This document shows, one piece after another, positions 20,443 through 31,145 of a stretch of DNA of 64,000 nt. Below the pieces are notes generated by a model. That model was not told the origin of the DNA and searched no databases. It saw only the letters and a list, made by a program, of their open reading frames with translations. A program made the translations under genes and the position numbers. The stretch lies in NCBI GenBank assembly GCA_963735035.1, contig CAVTJJ010000003.1, forward strand, positions 480,001 through 544,000, given 5' to 3'. Position 1 is the stretch's first letter, and every line of letters starts with the position of its first letter. This DNA is from an uncultured candidate division Zixibacteria bacterium. GTDB lineage: Bacteria > Zixibacteria > MSB-5A5 > GN15 > FEB-12.

Positions 20443-21069
20443 ATGATCTGGAATGTGATCTTATGGGCGGCGGTGGCTTTCTTAGTTATTACAATCTTAT
20501 TCCGCCTGCTGTCGTCCCGCCAACCCGAACCGGTTTCCGGAGAGGCCGCATTGGAGCCCTCGCCGGTCAGCAAGATCTTGGGACGCGGGTGGATTGCTCC
20601 TGTGATCGCCGTTATCGTGGCCGTGGTGGCGCTTGGATTCATATACTGTCCCTGGTTCTGTAAGCAGAATTGGAACGAAACCGAGCAGGTGGATGTGGAT
20701 CATTTCATTGAAGCCATCTCGTTGTACCAGGATGCCAGCACCCTGTCACAGAAGAGGGGTGTCGGCCGCGAAGATTGGGAATCGGTGAACGCCCTGCTCC
20801 AGGCGTCGCTTTCCGAGGCGGAACAGGTCAGCGATACTATCTTGAAGAAGATCGACCCTGAATTGCCGGCACAGTTTAAGGACAAGTTCCTGCCCGGATT
20901 GCGCATCGGCTCATACGGACTTAGATACTATGCCCAGCCGCCGCAGAAAGGCAAAGACACGGTGGAACACTACCGCGACGACAGCCTCGCGCAGAGTCGG
21001 GGGCTACTTGAAGAATGGAATGCCTGGTTCACCGCCCACAGGGCGGAAATAATGGACAAGCTTCAATAG
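20443..21069 (+). CDS. Hypothetical membrane protein (2 N-terminal TM helices)
   Basis: 208 aa ORF, GAGG RBS, two hydrophobic segments then helical soluble domain. Confidence 0.72.
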   Translation: MIWNVILWAAVAFLVITILFRLLSSRQPEPVSGEAALEPSPVSKILGRGWIAPVIAVIVAVVALGFIYCPWFCKQNWNETEQVDVDHFIEAISLYQDASTLSQKRGVGREDWESVNALLQASLSEAEQVSDTILKKIDPELPAQFKDKFLPGLRIGSYGLRYYAQPPQKGKDTVEHYRDDSLAQSRGLLEEWNAWFTAHRAEIMDKLQ

Positions 21070-21096
21070 AACCATCGCAAGAAATTGAGCAAGAGA

Positions 21097-21127
21097 AAGG
21101 CGAGAGGAGTAGCGCTCCTCTCGCCTT
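21097..21127. terminator. Intrinsic terminator between convergent genes
   Basis: 13-bp perfect stem AAGGCGAGAGGAG-tagcg-CTCCTCTCGCCTT. Confidence 0.8.
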
Positions 21128-21184
21128 ATTTCATTTCACCTGTCAACTCTCAGCCGATATGTCTCTATCGTAGCTTCCTTCCAC

Positions 21185-24100
21185 CTACATGCAATTCGGC
21201 AATCCGAGAGAAGGTCCGGTGATAAAGAGATAATCGATCAGCGTCGAGATATCGCCGATAGTGATATCTGCCGCACCCGGATTCGCTCCACCCGATTGAT
21301 TCACGTCGGCTTCGCCGTAGCATGACAGCGGCGTCCCAGATATAAACAAGTTACTTATAATGACCGAAATATCGCCGATCGTAGGCTCGGGGTTGCCATC
21401 CATGTTGGCATCGCCAACAATACCGACACAGCAGCACGCGTCGCCGACACCGTCATGATTGGTGTCCTGCTGTCCCGGATTGGGCTTCTGAGGACAATTG
21501 TCGCAGAGGTCACCGACACCGTCGCCGTCTGCATCTGCCTGGCCGGGATTGGCAATCGCCGGACAATTGTCGCAGACGTTGCCAACTCCATCGCCGTCCG
21601 TATCAGCCTGATCCGGATTGGCAATAAAGGGGCAATTGTCGACTGCATCCGGAATCCCATCGGCGTCCGTGTCAAGTGCAATAACGCTGCACTCGTATCC
21701 GGTCACGCGGAAGTCATCGATGTTCCATCCGCAGAAGACCCAGCCGCCGTCGGTCGGTCCCATGGTGAAACGGATGTAAACGACGGGTTGCCCGGAAGCG
21801 ACCGTCGAGATGTTGACGTCCATCGGCGTCCACACCGAATCGGCCATCTCAGTGGGATTTTCCCAGACCGTAGTCCAAGTCGTCCCGTTGGTGCTGGCCG
21901 CAATTGTGGCCTTGTCAAAGAGGGGTTGCTCGACACCCAGCCAGCGTTGAAAATCGATATGAACATTGGTCAGTCCGGTGCAATTGAACGCCGGGCTGGT
22001 CAAGTAACGCTCGGGCATGTTGTTCGTATAGTCACCTGCCAGATTGAAACCGTACTCGTTGGTTCCGGAGAAGGCGCTGGCCGGATCAGGATGACCATGC
22101 TCACCACCGGCGCCCGCAGGCGTACCCCGCGCCCAACCGGTGCCGGGTGTCCATCCTTTATTGGTCTCGAAATTGTCCTCGAACACCGTTACCTGATTGA
22201 CTCCGGGCTCGGCCAGGTACCATTGTGAAGCTCCTGGATCGAGGAACTGACCCGAAGTTGTCTCGTAGGCCTCGACCATGTATTTTACCTTGGAACCGCA
22301 GGCCACTGGCGGAATCGTCAACTCGTAATGGCCGGGACCAAGCTCGGTCACGCCGCCCATTTCCATCATGCCGTTGTCAACCTGGTACCACAAGCCGCCG
22401 CTGCCGGCCACAACCGATCCCTCATAGGTCGCCGCGACGTTGACTTCAAACGTGGTCGGAGAGTCCGGAGTCAGCAGGCTGGGGAGTCCGTTCGGGTACG
22501 TGAAAGTAAGCGTTGGAGCCGGCATTGCTACTCCAACCGCGGTCCAGGCGTTGCGTACCTGGGTTTCCCAGGCGCCCGACGGATCGAGATCGCGCGCCGC
22601 CAAAACCGTCCCATACGCCGCTTCGGAATAGGTAGTGAGCGAGGTCCAGTAATATACGTTGGCGCGATAGGCCACTTCAATCGCGTGACTGACATTGATT
22701 CCGGTGACAGTCACGCTATGGAACGTACCGCCGTCGGACAAGAGATAGAACCATTTGTTGCCGACACCGCTGTTGGTATGGACACCACAATAGTCATTGC
22801 CATTCGAAGGCGTGCAACCTGAAACGTTGACCCAGTAGGATCCGCCGTAATAATCTGGATCCGAACGGGCCGGGGGATTGGACATGTCGCGGAAATATGA
22901 CCCGCTGATCTGGCCGTTCTCACCCATGTACCAATCCGGGGTATCATAAGTCGGATGCGCGAATTCGAATGCCGCCCCCATCATATCCGAGAACGATTCG
23001 TTCAGCGCTCCCGATTCTTTCTCGTAGGCAAGATTCGAAGTCACACCGGTGATGGCGTGCCCCCATTCATGAGCAATCACGTCCGGACAGCCCGCCAAAG
23101 ACCGCCACCCGGTGCCCCAGGACCATACTACCATCTGCACGCCGTTCCAGTAGGCGTTGTTATTGCCTTCGGCCGAATAATCCACCGAAGCCCGCATGGG
23201 CGCGCCGGCATTGTCATAGCTGTTCCGCCCAAACGCCGAAAGCCACCAGTCGTACACCAGAGCCGAGTATACCTGAGCATCTACTGACGAAGCCTGCGAC
23301 GGTGAATCCCAGACATTGTCGGCGTCGGTCGCCAGCGTCCCCGGAAGAGTCGTGCTGGCTACGTAAGTCGTGATGTTGTTACCCGTCGGCATCTGACCGT
23401 TGTGACCGTGTGGATTGTTGGTCGCCTGACGAGTATTGTCGGTCATGCTGTAGATCGACCCGTTGTAGTCCGTGTCAATGTGGGGACGGGACGTGCCCAT
23501 AACCCCGGTGCCGGTGCCGATCTCGGCCACATCCATGATTCGGTTAGCTTTGAAAATCACCTGGCCGGTTTTGGCGTCCACGAAATACTCCCACCGTCCC
23601 ATCGGGGTTTCGGAAAATATTTCCATCCGCCACGCGACGTAGTTCGTGCCTTCCCACGGGAAGATGATCAACTCCGGTTCATTGGGCTGGCCGCTTCCGA
23701 AAAATGATTTGAGGTCGCTCAGCGCGGTTTGCCGGGCCTGGTTGGCGTTGAATTGCGCGGTCGGATCAACTTTGATGTTGTCGATATACGTCCCGTTGAC
23801 CGCATTTAATGCGCCGTCTTTGTCAAAGTGGGAGATCAACTCTCCGCCATAGACCGGCAGTCCCTGGTACACCTGCCCCATCCGGACGTGCCTCATGCCG
23901 ACCTTATCCTGGTCAATCCGTTTGACCTTGATCTCGTCGACCGGGCTCTTCATCTGGTAGGCTGATTTGTGAGCGTCGAGAAAGCGAAGGGTGGCAGCGG
24001 TTTCCTCGCCCGGAGCCACCGGGGCCGACAAGCGGCCGGCTACGAACCTAAGACGTCCTGTCTCGTTATCTTGCAGCAGGCTTACGCCGGTTTCGGCCTT

Positions 24101-24196
24101 GAGTTGGTCGATTCCGGCCTGCATTCGAGTCGGCGTGGCGGCAATAGCCGACCCAGCCGTGATCGCAAGGATCACCGCAAGGGTGGTAAAACGCAT
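21185..24196 (-). CDS. M4 (thermolysin-family) metallopeptidase with FTP/PepSY propeptide, TSP3 repeats and dockerin-like C terminus
   Basis: [47 protein letters not shown] repeats; [18 protein letters not shown] tail; GGAGG before MRFTT. Confidence 0.94.
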   Translation of the reverse strand: MRFTTLAVILAITAGSAIAATPTRMQAGIDQLKAETGVSLLQDNETGRLRFVAGRLSAPVAPGEETAATLRFLDAHKSAYQMKSPVDEIKVKRIDQDKVGMRHVRMGQVYQGLPVYGGELISHFDKDGALNAVNGTYIDNIKVDPTAQFNANQARQTALSDLKSFFGSGQPNEPELIIFPWEGTNYVAWRMEIFSETPMGRWEYFVDAKTGQVIFKANRIMDVAEIGTGTGVMGTSRPHIDTDYNGSIYSMTDNTRQATNNPHGHNGQMPTGNNITTYVASTTLPGTLATDADNVWDSPSQASSVDAQVYSALVYDWWLSAFGRNSYDNAGAPMRASVDYSAEGNNNAYWNGVQMVVWSWGTGWRSLAGCPDVIAHEWGHAITGVTSNLAYEKESGALNESFSDMMGAAFEFAHPTYDTPDWYMGENGQISGSYFRDMSNPPARSDPDYYGGSYWVNVSGCTPSNGNDYCGVHTNSGVGNKWFYLLSDGGTFHSVTVTGINVSHAIEVAYRANVYYWTSLTTYSEAAYGTVLAARDLDPSGAWETQVRNAWTAVGVAMPAPTLTFTYPNGLPSLLTPDSPTTFEVNVAATYEGSVVAGSGGLWYQVDNGMMEMGGVTELGPGHYELTIPPVACGSKVKYMVEAYETTSGQFLDPGASQWYLAEPGVNQVTVFEDNFETNKGWTPGTGWARGTPAGAGGEHGHPDPASAFSGTNEYGFNLAGDYTNNMPERYLTSPAFNCTGLTNVHIDFQRWLGVEQPLFDKATIAASTNGTTWTTVWENPTEMADSVWTPMDVNISTVASGQPVVYIRFTMGPTDGGWVFCGWNIDDFRVTGYECSVIALDTDADGIPDAVDNCPFIANPDQADTDGDGVGNVCDNCPAIANPGQADADGDGVGDLCDNCPQKPNPGQQDTNHDGVGDACCCVGIVGDANMDGNPEPTIGDISVIISNLFISGTPLSCYGEADVNQSGGANPGAADITIGDISTLIDYLFITGPSLGLPNCM

Positions 24197-24471
24197 GAAA
24201 ATGTACCTCCAAAGGGTATGATCGTCCACACAGTCCTAATGAATAACTTTCGGCACTGTCTGATAGTGCCCGAAAATCATGTAGTAAAGGGCAGGTCCAT
24301 CAGAAAGGTAGGGGAAAATCGATATTAGTCAAGGGGTGAAATGTATCGATAAATCGGCCCACGACGCGGCTTTTGGGCTGGACAAATGCATACGATTTCG
24401 TATATTATTCCGATAGGGCAACAGCCTAAACTACATACCATTGAGTCCCGCCAGGACCGGAGGCATATCAC

Positions 24472-26106
24472 ATGAAGCGATTGTTCACTATCACTGCTAT
24501 TGTCCTGTTCCTGATCGGCTCTTCCGCCGCCTTAGCAGGCACGGTGACTGATATCGATGGCAATGTATACCAAACCGTGACTATTGGTACTCAGGAGTGG
24601 ATGGCTGAAAACCTGAAGGTGACCCACTATCGTAACGGTGAAGCTATTCCCAATGTAACCGACGGCGCAACCTGGGGAGGTCTTACTACCGGAGCCTACT
24701 GTGAATACAACAACGACATAGGCAATGTTGCTACTTATGGCAGACTATATAACTGGTATGTAACAAGTGACGTCAGGAATATAGCACCAACCGGGTGGCA
24801 TGTGCCGACAGATGCTGAGTGGCAGACGTTAGTTGGTTACCTTGGTGGCGCTGCTGTAGCTGGTGGCAAGTTGAAAGAAGTTGGAACCACGCATTGGTCG
24901 GCTCCAAATCCTGCTACGAACGAAAGCGGTTTTTCCGCATTGCCCGAAGGCTACCGTGACGCTACCACTAATGCTTACTACGAGCAGGGTGGTTACGCCT
25001 ACTTTTGGTCTTCTACTGAGAGCGGCGCCCACGCCTTGTACTGGAATCTGAATTACTCTACTACACAAGCCAATCCTTTTGATTACGTCAAGGGCCACGG
25101 TTTTTCACTTCGCTGTGTCAAAGGCACACTTGATTCCGACGGAGACGGAATTCCCGACGATGCCGACAACTGCCCGACCGTCCCCAACCCCGATCAGATG
25201 GACTCAGACGGTGACGGTATCGGGGACGTCTGTGATCCCGATATAGACGGCGATGGAATCGACAATGCCTTCGATAACTGCCCAACTGTCCCCAATCCCG
25301 ATCAGATGGATACAGACGGTGACGCCATTGGCGACGCCTGCGATCCCGACATAGACGGTGATGGAATCGACAATGGCTTCGATAACTGCCCGACTGTCCC
25401 CAATCCCGATCAGATGGATATAGACAGCGACGCCATTGGCGACGCCTGCGATCCCGATGTAGATGGTGACGGTCTCTTCAACGACTATGACAACTGCCCG
25501 ACAGTGCCCAATCCCGATCAAATGGATTCGGACGGTGACTTTATCGGTGATGTCTGCGATCCTGATTTAGACGGTGACGGTATAGCCAATACCCTCGATA
25601 ACTGCCCGACCGTTGCCAACCCCGATCAGATGGACACGGACGGTGACGCTATCGGCGACGTCTGTGATCCCGATATAGACAACGACGGACTCATCAATGC
25701 TGCTGACAACTGTCCTACCGTTCCCAATCCCGATCAGATGGATACAGACGGCGACATGATCGGCGATGCTTGCGACAACTGCCCGACAGTGGCCAACCCC
25801 AATCAGCTTGATTCCGACGCGGACGGCATCGGCGACGCCTGCGAGACTTGCTGCCAGGGCCGGGTCGGCGACGCCAACTACAATGGCGCTGATGAACCTA
25901 CGATCGGTGACGTATCGGTCATGATCGACGCCAAGTTCATCACCGGGTCCTGTGATGGCATCCTGAACTGTCTTCCTGAAGCAGACGTCAACCAGTCCGG
26001 CGGCTTGAATGTAACGTGCGAGAATATCACGATCGGCGATATCTCGATGTTAATCGATTACCTGTTCATTACGGGTCAGTCGCTCGGTCTTCCGAGCTGT
26101 CTGTAA
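24472..26106 (+). CDS. Fibrobacter succinogenes major paralogous (FISUMP) domain protein with TSP3 repeats and dockerin-like tail
   Basis: [71 protein letters not shown] tail. Confidence 0.93.
   Translation: MKRLFTITAIVLFLIGSSAALAGTVTDIDGNVYQTVTIGTQEWMAENLKVTHYRNGEAIPNVTDGATWGGLTTGAYCEYNNDIGNVATYGRLYNWYVTSDVRNIAPTGWHVPTDAEWQTLVGYLGGAAVAGGKLKEVGTTHWSAPNPATNESGFSALPEGYRDATTNAYYEQGGYAYFWSSTESGAHALYWNLNYSTTQANPFDYVKGHGFSLRCVKGTLDSDGDGIPDDADNCPTVPNPDQMDSDGDGIGDVCDPDIDGDGIDNAFDNCPTVPNPDQMDTDGDAIGDACDPDIDGDGIDNGFDNCPTVPNPDQMDIDSDAIGDACDPDVDGDGLFNDYDNCPTVPNPDQMDSDGDFIGDVCDPDLDGDGIANTLDNCPTVANPDQMDTDGDAIGDVCDPDIDNDGLINAADNCPTVPNPDQMDTDGDMIGDACDNCPTVANPNQLDSDADGIGDACETCCQGRVGDANYNGADEPTIGDVSVMIDAKFITGSCDGILNCLPEADVNQSGGLNVTCENITIGDISMLIDYLFITGQSLGLPSCL
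25132..25845 (+). repeat. Intragenic tandem repeat: about six 108-bp (36-aa) thrombospondin type-3 units plus a partial unit
   Basis: [36 protein letters not shown] repeated. Confidence 0.9.
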
Positions 26107-26115
26107 GCAAACCAA

Positions 26116-26147
26116 AGGGCGGGCCTGAAATCAGACCCGCCCTCTTT
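26116..26147 (+). terminator. Intrinsic terminator
   Basis: AGGGCGGGcCTGA-aa-TCAGaCCCGCCCT followed by CTTT. Confidence 0.65.
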
Positions 26148-26174
26148 CAATCCGAACTCAGTCCGACCTGCAAA

Positions 26175-26355
26175 GAGAGTGTTGAAAAAGTCCCTTGCCC
26201 GTCATCGCGAGTCTCGACCGCGCTTCGCGGGCGAGACGTGGCGATCTCAATTGGCACTGCCGCACGAGCTTGAGATTGCCGCGCTACGCTGTCCCACCTG
26301 ACGGCGGGCCATCTCCGCTCGCAATGACGATTAAACAGGCTTTTTCAACAAGACG
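26175..26355. mobile_element. MITE (about 180 bp) with IS1182-like termini and palindromic interior
   Basis: TGTTGAAAAAG...CTTTTTCAACA termini; interior GTCATCGCGAG...CTCGCAATGAC; close copy at 48185-48367. Confidence 0.78.
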
Positions 26356-26485
26356 CACGCGTGTGGGCCACCTGAGCGGCCCTTTTGCTACCCCCTTCCC
26401 CCCCGCAACATCATCTTGACTTTTGGGCCTGTTCAGGTGAATCTGTTATCAGTCGGTCACATACCAGTGCGGCCGTATAATATCT

Positions 26486-27487
26486 ATGAAAGCCATGATC
26501 CTTGATAGACCCGGTCAGAAACTTCGGCCGGTCGAAATCCCTGCCCCGACACCCATTGCGGACCAGTTGCTCATCAAGGTCCACACCTGCGGCGTCTGTC
26601 GAACCGACCTTCACGTGGTCGACGGCGATCTCAAAAAGCCTAATCTCCCGATCATTCCCGGTCATCAGATAGTCGGCGTGGTCGAATCGGTCGGCGCCGG
26701 AGTTCGCGAGTTCAAACCGGGCGACCGGGTGGGTGTCCCCTGGCTCGGCGGAAGTTGCGGCGAATGTGTCTATTGCCGGACGGGGCGCGAAAACCTCTGC
26801 GACCGGGCTCGCTACACCGGGTATCAGATCAACGGCGGCTTCGCGGAAAAATGTGTGGCCGACCATCGCTTCTGTTTCCCGATCCCGGCGGGCTACCCCG
26901 ACCTTCAGGCCGCCCCTCTTCTCTGCGCCGGACTGATAGGATACCGGGCGCTTGGGATGACCGGCGAGGCGCGGCGGCTCGGGTTCTACGGGTTCGGCGC
27001 CTCGGCCCATATCCTGATCCAGGTCGCGGCGTATCAGAAGCGCGAAGTCTACGCATTCACGCGCGCGGGAGACCGGATGGCGCAGGAATTTGCCCGTCGT
27101 CTGGGAGCAGTTTGGGCGGGCGACTCGGACCAGACTCCCCCAAGCGAGCTCGACGCCGCTATCATTTTCGCCCCGGCCGGCGAGCTGGTCCCGACCGCGT
27201 TGCGGGCCGTGGCCAAAGGCGCCGTGGTGGTCTGCGCCGGAATTCACATGAGCGATATCCCGTCGTTCCCCTATTCGATCCTCTGGGGGGAGCGCTCGGT
27301 CAAATCAGTGGCGAATCTGACCCGTCGCGACGGCGCCGAATTCCTCGCCCTCGCCCCCAAAGTTCCCGTCCGAACCGAGGTCACCCCCTACCCTCTTGAC
27401 AAAGCCAACGAAGCTCTAGAAGATTTGCGGGCTGGGCGGTTTACCGGCGCGGCCGTAATCGTTGTGGACCCGGCCGGGTATAAATGA
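26486..27487 (+). CDS. Zinc-dependent alcohol dehydrogenase (AdhP-like)
   Basis: CGVCRTDLH, PGHQIVG, CGECVYC..ENLC, APLLCAGLIGYRAL, GFYGFGASA. Confidence 0.95.
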   Translation: MKAMILDRPGQKLRPVEIPAPTPIADQLLIKVHTCGVCRTDLHVVDGDLKKPNLPIIPGHQIVGVVESVGAGVREFKPGDRVGVPWLGGSCGECVYCRTGRENLCDRARYTGYQINGGFAEKCVADHRFCFPIPAGYPDLQAAPLLCAGLIGYRALGMTGEARRLGFYGFGASAHILIQVAAYQKREVYAFTRAGDRMAQEFARRLGAVWAGDSDQTPPSELDAAIIFAPAGELVPTALRAVAKGAVVVCAGIHMSDIPSFPYSILWGERSVKSVANLTRRDGAEFLALAPKVPVRTEVTPYPLDKANEALEDLRAGRFTGAAVIVVDPAGYK

Positions 27488-27490
27488 ATT

Positions 27491-28384
27491 ATGTTGGGTC
27501 GTAGCGAAAACACTGGAGGCAAGATGTTCGGGCGGTTCACGCAAATTGGGTTCGTCGTACTAGCTAGTCTAACGGCTCTGGTATTGGTATCCGTCAGTTT
27601 TGGTCAGGGCGAGGCACCTGCTAATCCCCAATCGACCGTAAAAGTTATCAATGTCCCGGTCGATTCTCCTGAATCGCTTCAGCGCAAGATTCGCGAGATA
27701 CGAAGTTGGACCCCCAAGCAAGTCGACAAGCTCGATTTCGCCCTTAAGGGAGTAAAGAGAATTATCCGGTTTTCTGACCTTGGATTCGGAGACCGGATGG
27801 AAGTGACCATGCCGAGCGAGGAATCGAAGAACTGGCCGATCGCCAGTGCGGTGCGGGTCCATCTGGGTCGGGAAATGACCGCAATCGTTACCCGCTTCAA
27901 GATCGACACCCTTCCCGGCCCACGGGTGCGCGGCGAAGGAGTGCTTGGTCTAATGGGAGTTCACGGGGACTCGCTCAATGGCCGCGATATCGAAATTCAG
28001 CGCACTATGTCGAGCGCCGGTCGCGTAGATTTCCTATTTATCCGGGACATCCTGTTCGGCGCTACGGCCTGCTGCAATCTGCCGTCAACCTTCGCCCTTG
28101 GCCGCTACGGCAAGGCCAGCGACACGATGACCATGATCTTCACGTTTGATCCGTCGACCACCGATTACATGGTGACGGTCATCGGGCCCTTGGCCGGACG
28201 CACCTTCCCCGGCTTCTCCTATGGGATGTTCCGCACCGAGCGGGGCGAGTACCACCGCGAACTCGAGAATTATCCGTACCTGTGCAAGGACCAGGACTCG
28301 AGCTATGTGAATTTGTATGTCGGAAGTCGTTTTCGCGGTCGCAAATCACAGCAGGAGCCGATTCTCAAAGTTAACATGTTCTAA
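27491..28384 (+). CDS. Secreted hypothetical protein (start may be 27524)
   Basis: Signal-like segment after MFGRF with GGAGG upstream; no recognised domain. Confidence 0.7.
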   Translation: MLGRSENTGGKMFGRFTQIGFVVLASLTALVLVSVSFGQGEAPANPQSTVKVINVPVDSPESLQRKIREIRSWTPKQVDKLDFALKGVKRIIRFSDLGFGDRMEVTMPSEESKNWPIASAVRVHLGREMTAIVTRFKIDTLPGPRVRGEGVLGLMGVHGDSLNGRDIEIQRTMSSAGRVDFLFIRDILFGATACCNLPSTFALGRYGKASDTMTMIFTFDPSTTDYMVTVIGPLAGRTFPGFSYGMFRTERGEYHRELENYPYLCKDQDSSYVNLYVGSRFRGRKSQQEPILKVNMF

Positions 28385-28413
28385 AGCGATGTTTGACCAT
28401 ATGGGAGACTGAA

Positions 28414-28935
28414 ATGAGCAAGACCGAACAGAATCTGAAAGCCGCGTTTGCGGGTGAATCACAGGCCCGCAACATGTACACCTTCTTCGCCAAGGTGGCG
28501 CGCAAAGAAGGGTATCTCTACATAGCCAAGATTTTCGAGGAGACCGCCGACAACGAGAGCCGTCACGCCAAGGATGAATACACCCTCGCGTATGGGCTCG
28601 GCGACACGGCTGCTTGCCTGACCAAAGCGGCCGAAGGCGAAGACCACGAGACCACTTCGATGTACCCGCAGTTCGCCAAAGAAGCTGAAGAAGAGGGCAA
28701 CAAGGATGCGGCCGTGCTTTTCAAGATGATCGCCAAGGTCGAAGCGCAACACCGTGACCGCTATCGTCGCTTACTCGAGATGGTGAAGAACGGGTCGGTT
28801 TACAAGCGCGAGAAACCGATCCGGTGGAAGTGCGACGTGTGCGGCTATATACACGAAGGGAAAGAGCCGCCGATGAAATGCCCGTGCTGCAAGCATCCCA
28901 AAGAGCATTTCGAGCCGGCTAATCTGGAAGAGTAG
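28414..28935 (+). CDS. rbr: Rubrerythrin
   Basis: AAFAGESQARNMY, ETADNESRH, EDHETTSMYPQFAKEAEEEG, C-terminal WKCDVCGY...CPCC rubredoxin domain. Confidence 0.95.
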   Translation: MSKTEQNLKAAFAGESQARNMYTFFAKVARKEGYLYIAKIFEETADNESRHAKDEYTLAYGLGDTAACLTKAAEGEDHETTSMYPQFAKEAEEEGNKDAAVLFKMIAKVEAQHRDRYRRLLEMVKNGSVYKREKPIRWKCDVCGYIHEGKEPPMKCPCCKHPKEHFEPANLEE

Positions 28936-28958
28936 CAGCGCCCGCTTCGCAAATTCGC

Positions 28959-28988
28959 GTGCCCGGCAGATGTCCACATCTGCCGGCT
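28959..28988 (+). repeat. 30-bp REP family GTGCCCGGCAGATGYCCACATCTGCCGGCT (6 copies)
   Basis: Copies at 28959, 38099, 38416, 51897, 59677, 63635, all in the same orientation. Confidence 0.88.
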
Positions 28989-29020
28989 TATGAATGGTTC
29001 TCGGAAAACCCCACCCTAAA

Positions 29021-30433
29021 GGGCCTGTTGAAAAAGTCTTGAGTTTTGGGGGTAGTTGTATTAAAGCAGGGGATGCAGAGTAAGCGAGAGAGAAGTCAAC
29101 ATGAGATGATGCTTCTCCCGGCATTGGAGACGTTCATCCCCGAGGATCACTATCTTCGTAAGTTGAATCGGGTTTTGGACCTGGGTTTTGTCCACGAGGT
29201 AGTTCGGGACAAATACAGCCAAGACAACGGTCGACCGTCGGTCGATCCGGAGGTGGTGATCCGGCTGTTTTTGATCCAGGCGATGGACGGGATCGCTCAC
29301 GTGCGGGAGTTAATGCGTCAGGTGCAGGTTAACCTGGCCTATCGTTGGTTCATCGGCTACGAGCTGGACGAGTCGCTTCCGGATCATTCGACGTTGTCGA
29401 AGGCGTTGGATCGGTTTGGTGATGCGGTGTTCAACGAGTTGTTCGCTCGGAGTGTGAGTCAGTGTCAAGCGAGCGGGTTGATTGAGGGGAAGGTGCTACA
29501 TATCGACGCTACGACGATCCGGGCGGACCTGTCTGCCGACCGTGTCAACCAGGTTGACAGTCCCGATCCGGATGCGCGGTTTGGTCGGTTTCCGGATGGG
29601 AAGTTGCGTCCGGGGTACAAGCAGCACACGGTGGCGGACGGCAAGAAGCGGGTGGTGTTGGATGTATCGGTGACGGCGGCGAACGTGTCGGAGCACGACG
29701 AGGCGGTGGGGTTGGTTGACCGAGCGTTGGCGCGTCTGCGGGAGTCACCGGAAGCGGTGTGTGCGGACGGGGCGTACGGGAGTGGGTTTAATGCCTATGA
29801 GATGGAGACGCGCGGTGTCCGTTTGGTGTCGCCGCCGCAGAAGGCGACGACCCGTGCCGGGGAAGGTTATTTTACGATCGAGCAATTCACCTACGACGAG
29901 GAGCATGATGAGTTCACGTGTCCGGCGGGACAAGTGTTGCGGTATGTGCGAACGGAGAAGCAGCGGGGACGTTGGGAATATCGAGCGCGACGGTCGGATT
30001 GTCAGAGCTGTCCGTTGAAGTCACAGTGCACGATATCGGATCGCCGGCATCTCAAGGTTACCAGACACCATAGTTCACTGCTTCGCCTTCGGGCCGACAG
30101 CAAAACGGAGAGTTTCAAGAAGCTGTATCGTTCCCGGGCGCCGGTGATCGAGGGGGTGTTTGCGGAGAGCAAACAATGGCACGGCTTGAGTCGGGCGTGG
30201 CGGCGTGGTCTGTCCAAGATGAAGGTGCAGTGCTTGTTGGTCGCCACGGTTCTCAATTCGAAGCGCCTGGCGGCGCATTTTGTCACTCTGCCGGGGTTCA
30301 ACTGGCTCTGGAGACGTCTACGGACACTCATAGAACGGCTTCTACGGTTTCTGAGACCATTTATCGCACCTTACACAGTCATCAGACAAGATGCATGATG
30401 ACCACCCGAAAACTTGGCTTTTTCAACAGGCTC
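29021..30433 (+). mobile_element. IS1182-family insertion sequence, 1413 bp
   Basis: 16-bp TIRs GGGCCTGTTGAAAAAG / CTTTTTCAACAGGCTC (1 mismatch); TAAA duplicated at 29017-29020 and 30434-30437. Confidence 0.92.
29073..30398 (+). CDS. IS1182-family transposase
   Basis: IPEDHYLR, GRPSVDP, NLAYRWF, PDHSTLS, IDAT, DPDARF, ADGAY, FTCPAG, CQSCPLKSQC, IEGVFAESK. Confidence 0.94.
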   Translation: MQSKRERSQHEMMLLPALETFIPEDHYLRKLNRVLDLGFVHEVVRDKYSQDNGRPSVDPEVVIRLFLIQAMDGIAHVRELMRQVQVNLAYRWFIGYELDESLPDHSTLSKALDRFGDAVFNELFARSVSQCQASGLIEGKVLHIDATTIRADLSADRVNQVDSPDPDARFGRFPDGKLRPGYKQHTVADGKKRVVLDVSVTAANVSEHDEAVGLVDRALARLRESPEAVCADGAYGSGFNAYEMETRGVRLVSPPQKATTRAGEGYFTIEQFTYDEEHDEFTCPAGQVLRYVRTEKQRGRWEYRARRSDCQSCPLKSQCTISDRRHLKVTRHHSSLLRLRADSKTESFKKLYRSRAPVIEGVFAESKQWHGLSRAWRRGLSKMKVQCLLVATVLNSKRLAAHFVTLPGFNWLWRRLRTLIERLLRFLRPFIAPYTVIRQDA

Positions 30434-30457
30434 TAAAGGGTGGGCCACCCGGGCACC

Positions 30458-30487
30458 TGGTACCCCACAGCTTGCTGTGGGTTGTCT
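30458..30487 (+). repeat. CCCACAGC-(t)-GCTGTGGG hairpin REP family
   Basis: TGGTACCCCACAGCTTGCTGTGGG; further copies near 31028 and 51964. Confidence 0.7.
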
Positions 30488-30564
30488 CGATCTTTGAAGG
30501 AACACTCGAATTGGATTCCACCCAAAGGTTGGTCCACCCGACCGCTCAATTTAGAAGGACTGAC

Positions 30565-31011
30565 ATGACTAAACAAAAACTCGGCATCGCCGGTTCGATC
30601 ATACTTTTCGTCGGAGTATTCATGCCGGTCGTGAGCGTTCCCGTGGTCGGGTACATAAACTACTTTCAAAACGGGAAGGCCGACGGAACCATTGTTCTCA
30701 TCTTGTCAGTCATATCTCTGTTGTTGGTATTGGCCAGAAAATACAAAGTCCTGTGGATCACCGGGGGCGGAAGCCTCATCGTGATGGCGATCACGTTCAT
30801 CAACTTCCAGAGCAAGATATCCGATGCCAAGAACAAGATGGGTGCGGACATCTCCGACAATCCATTCCGAGGCATAGCCGATCTGGCGATGCAATCGGTG
30901 CAGCTTCAGTGGGGCTGGGCGGTCATGATTGTGGGAGTGGCGCTCTTGATAACGTGTGCTGCGATGAGAGAAGAGCTGAAGCCGCGTTCAATTGGCGAAG
31001 CTACTGAATGA
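30565..31011 (+). CDS. Hypothetical membrane protein (about 4 TM)
   Basis: AAGGA RBS before MTKQKLG; hydrophobic helices; SVQLQWGWAVMIVG. Confidence 0.82.
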   Translation: MTKQKLGIAGSIILFVGVFMPVVSVPVVGYINYFQNGKADGTIVLILSVISLLLVLARKYKVLWITGGGSLIVMAITFINFQSKISDAKNKMGADISDNPFRGIADLAMQSVQLQWGWAVMIVGVALLITCAAMREELKPRSIGEATE

Positions 31012-31145
31012 TGCTTCTTGTATGAATTGGTAGCCCACAGCTTGCTGTGGGTAGTCGCGATTCTTGAAGCCTCCTCCACAATTCTATCAGATATAAACCT
31101 ACCCGTAGGGTGGCCACCGAAGTCACGGGCGACCGGACAACTATA

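Noticed and set aside
24472..25131. Diversity-generating retroelement target in the FISUMP domain
   Set aside because: No reverse transcriptase and no template-repeat copy seen in the window
30391..30564. N-terminal extension of the membrane protein ORF
   Set aside because: Translates the IS end and REP sequences; RBS supports the start at 30565
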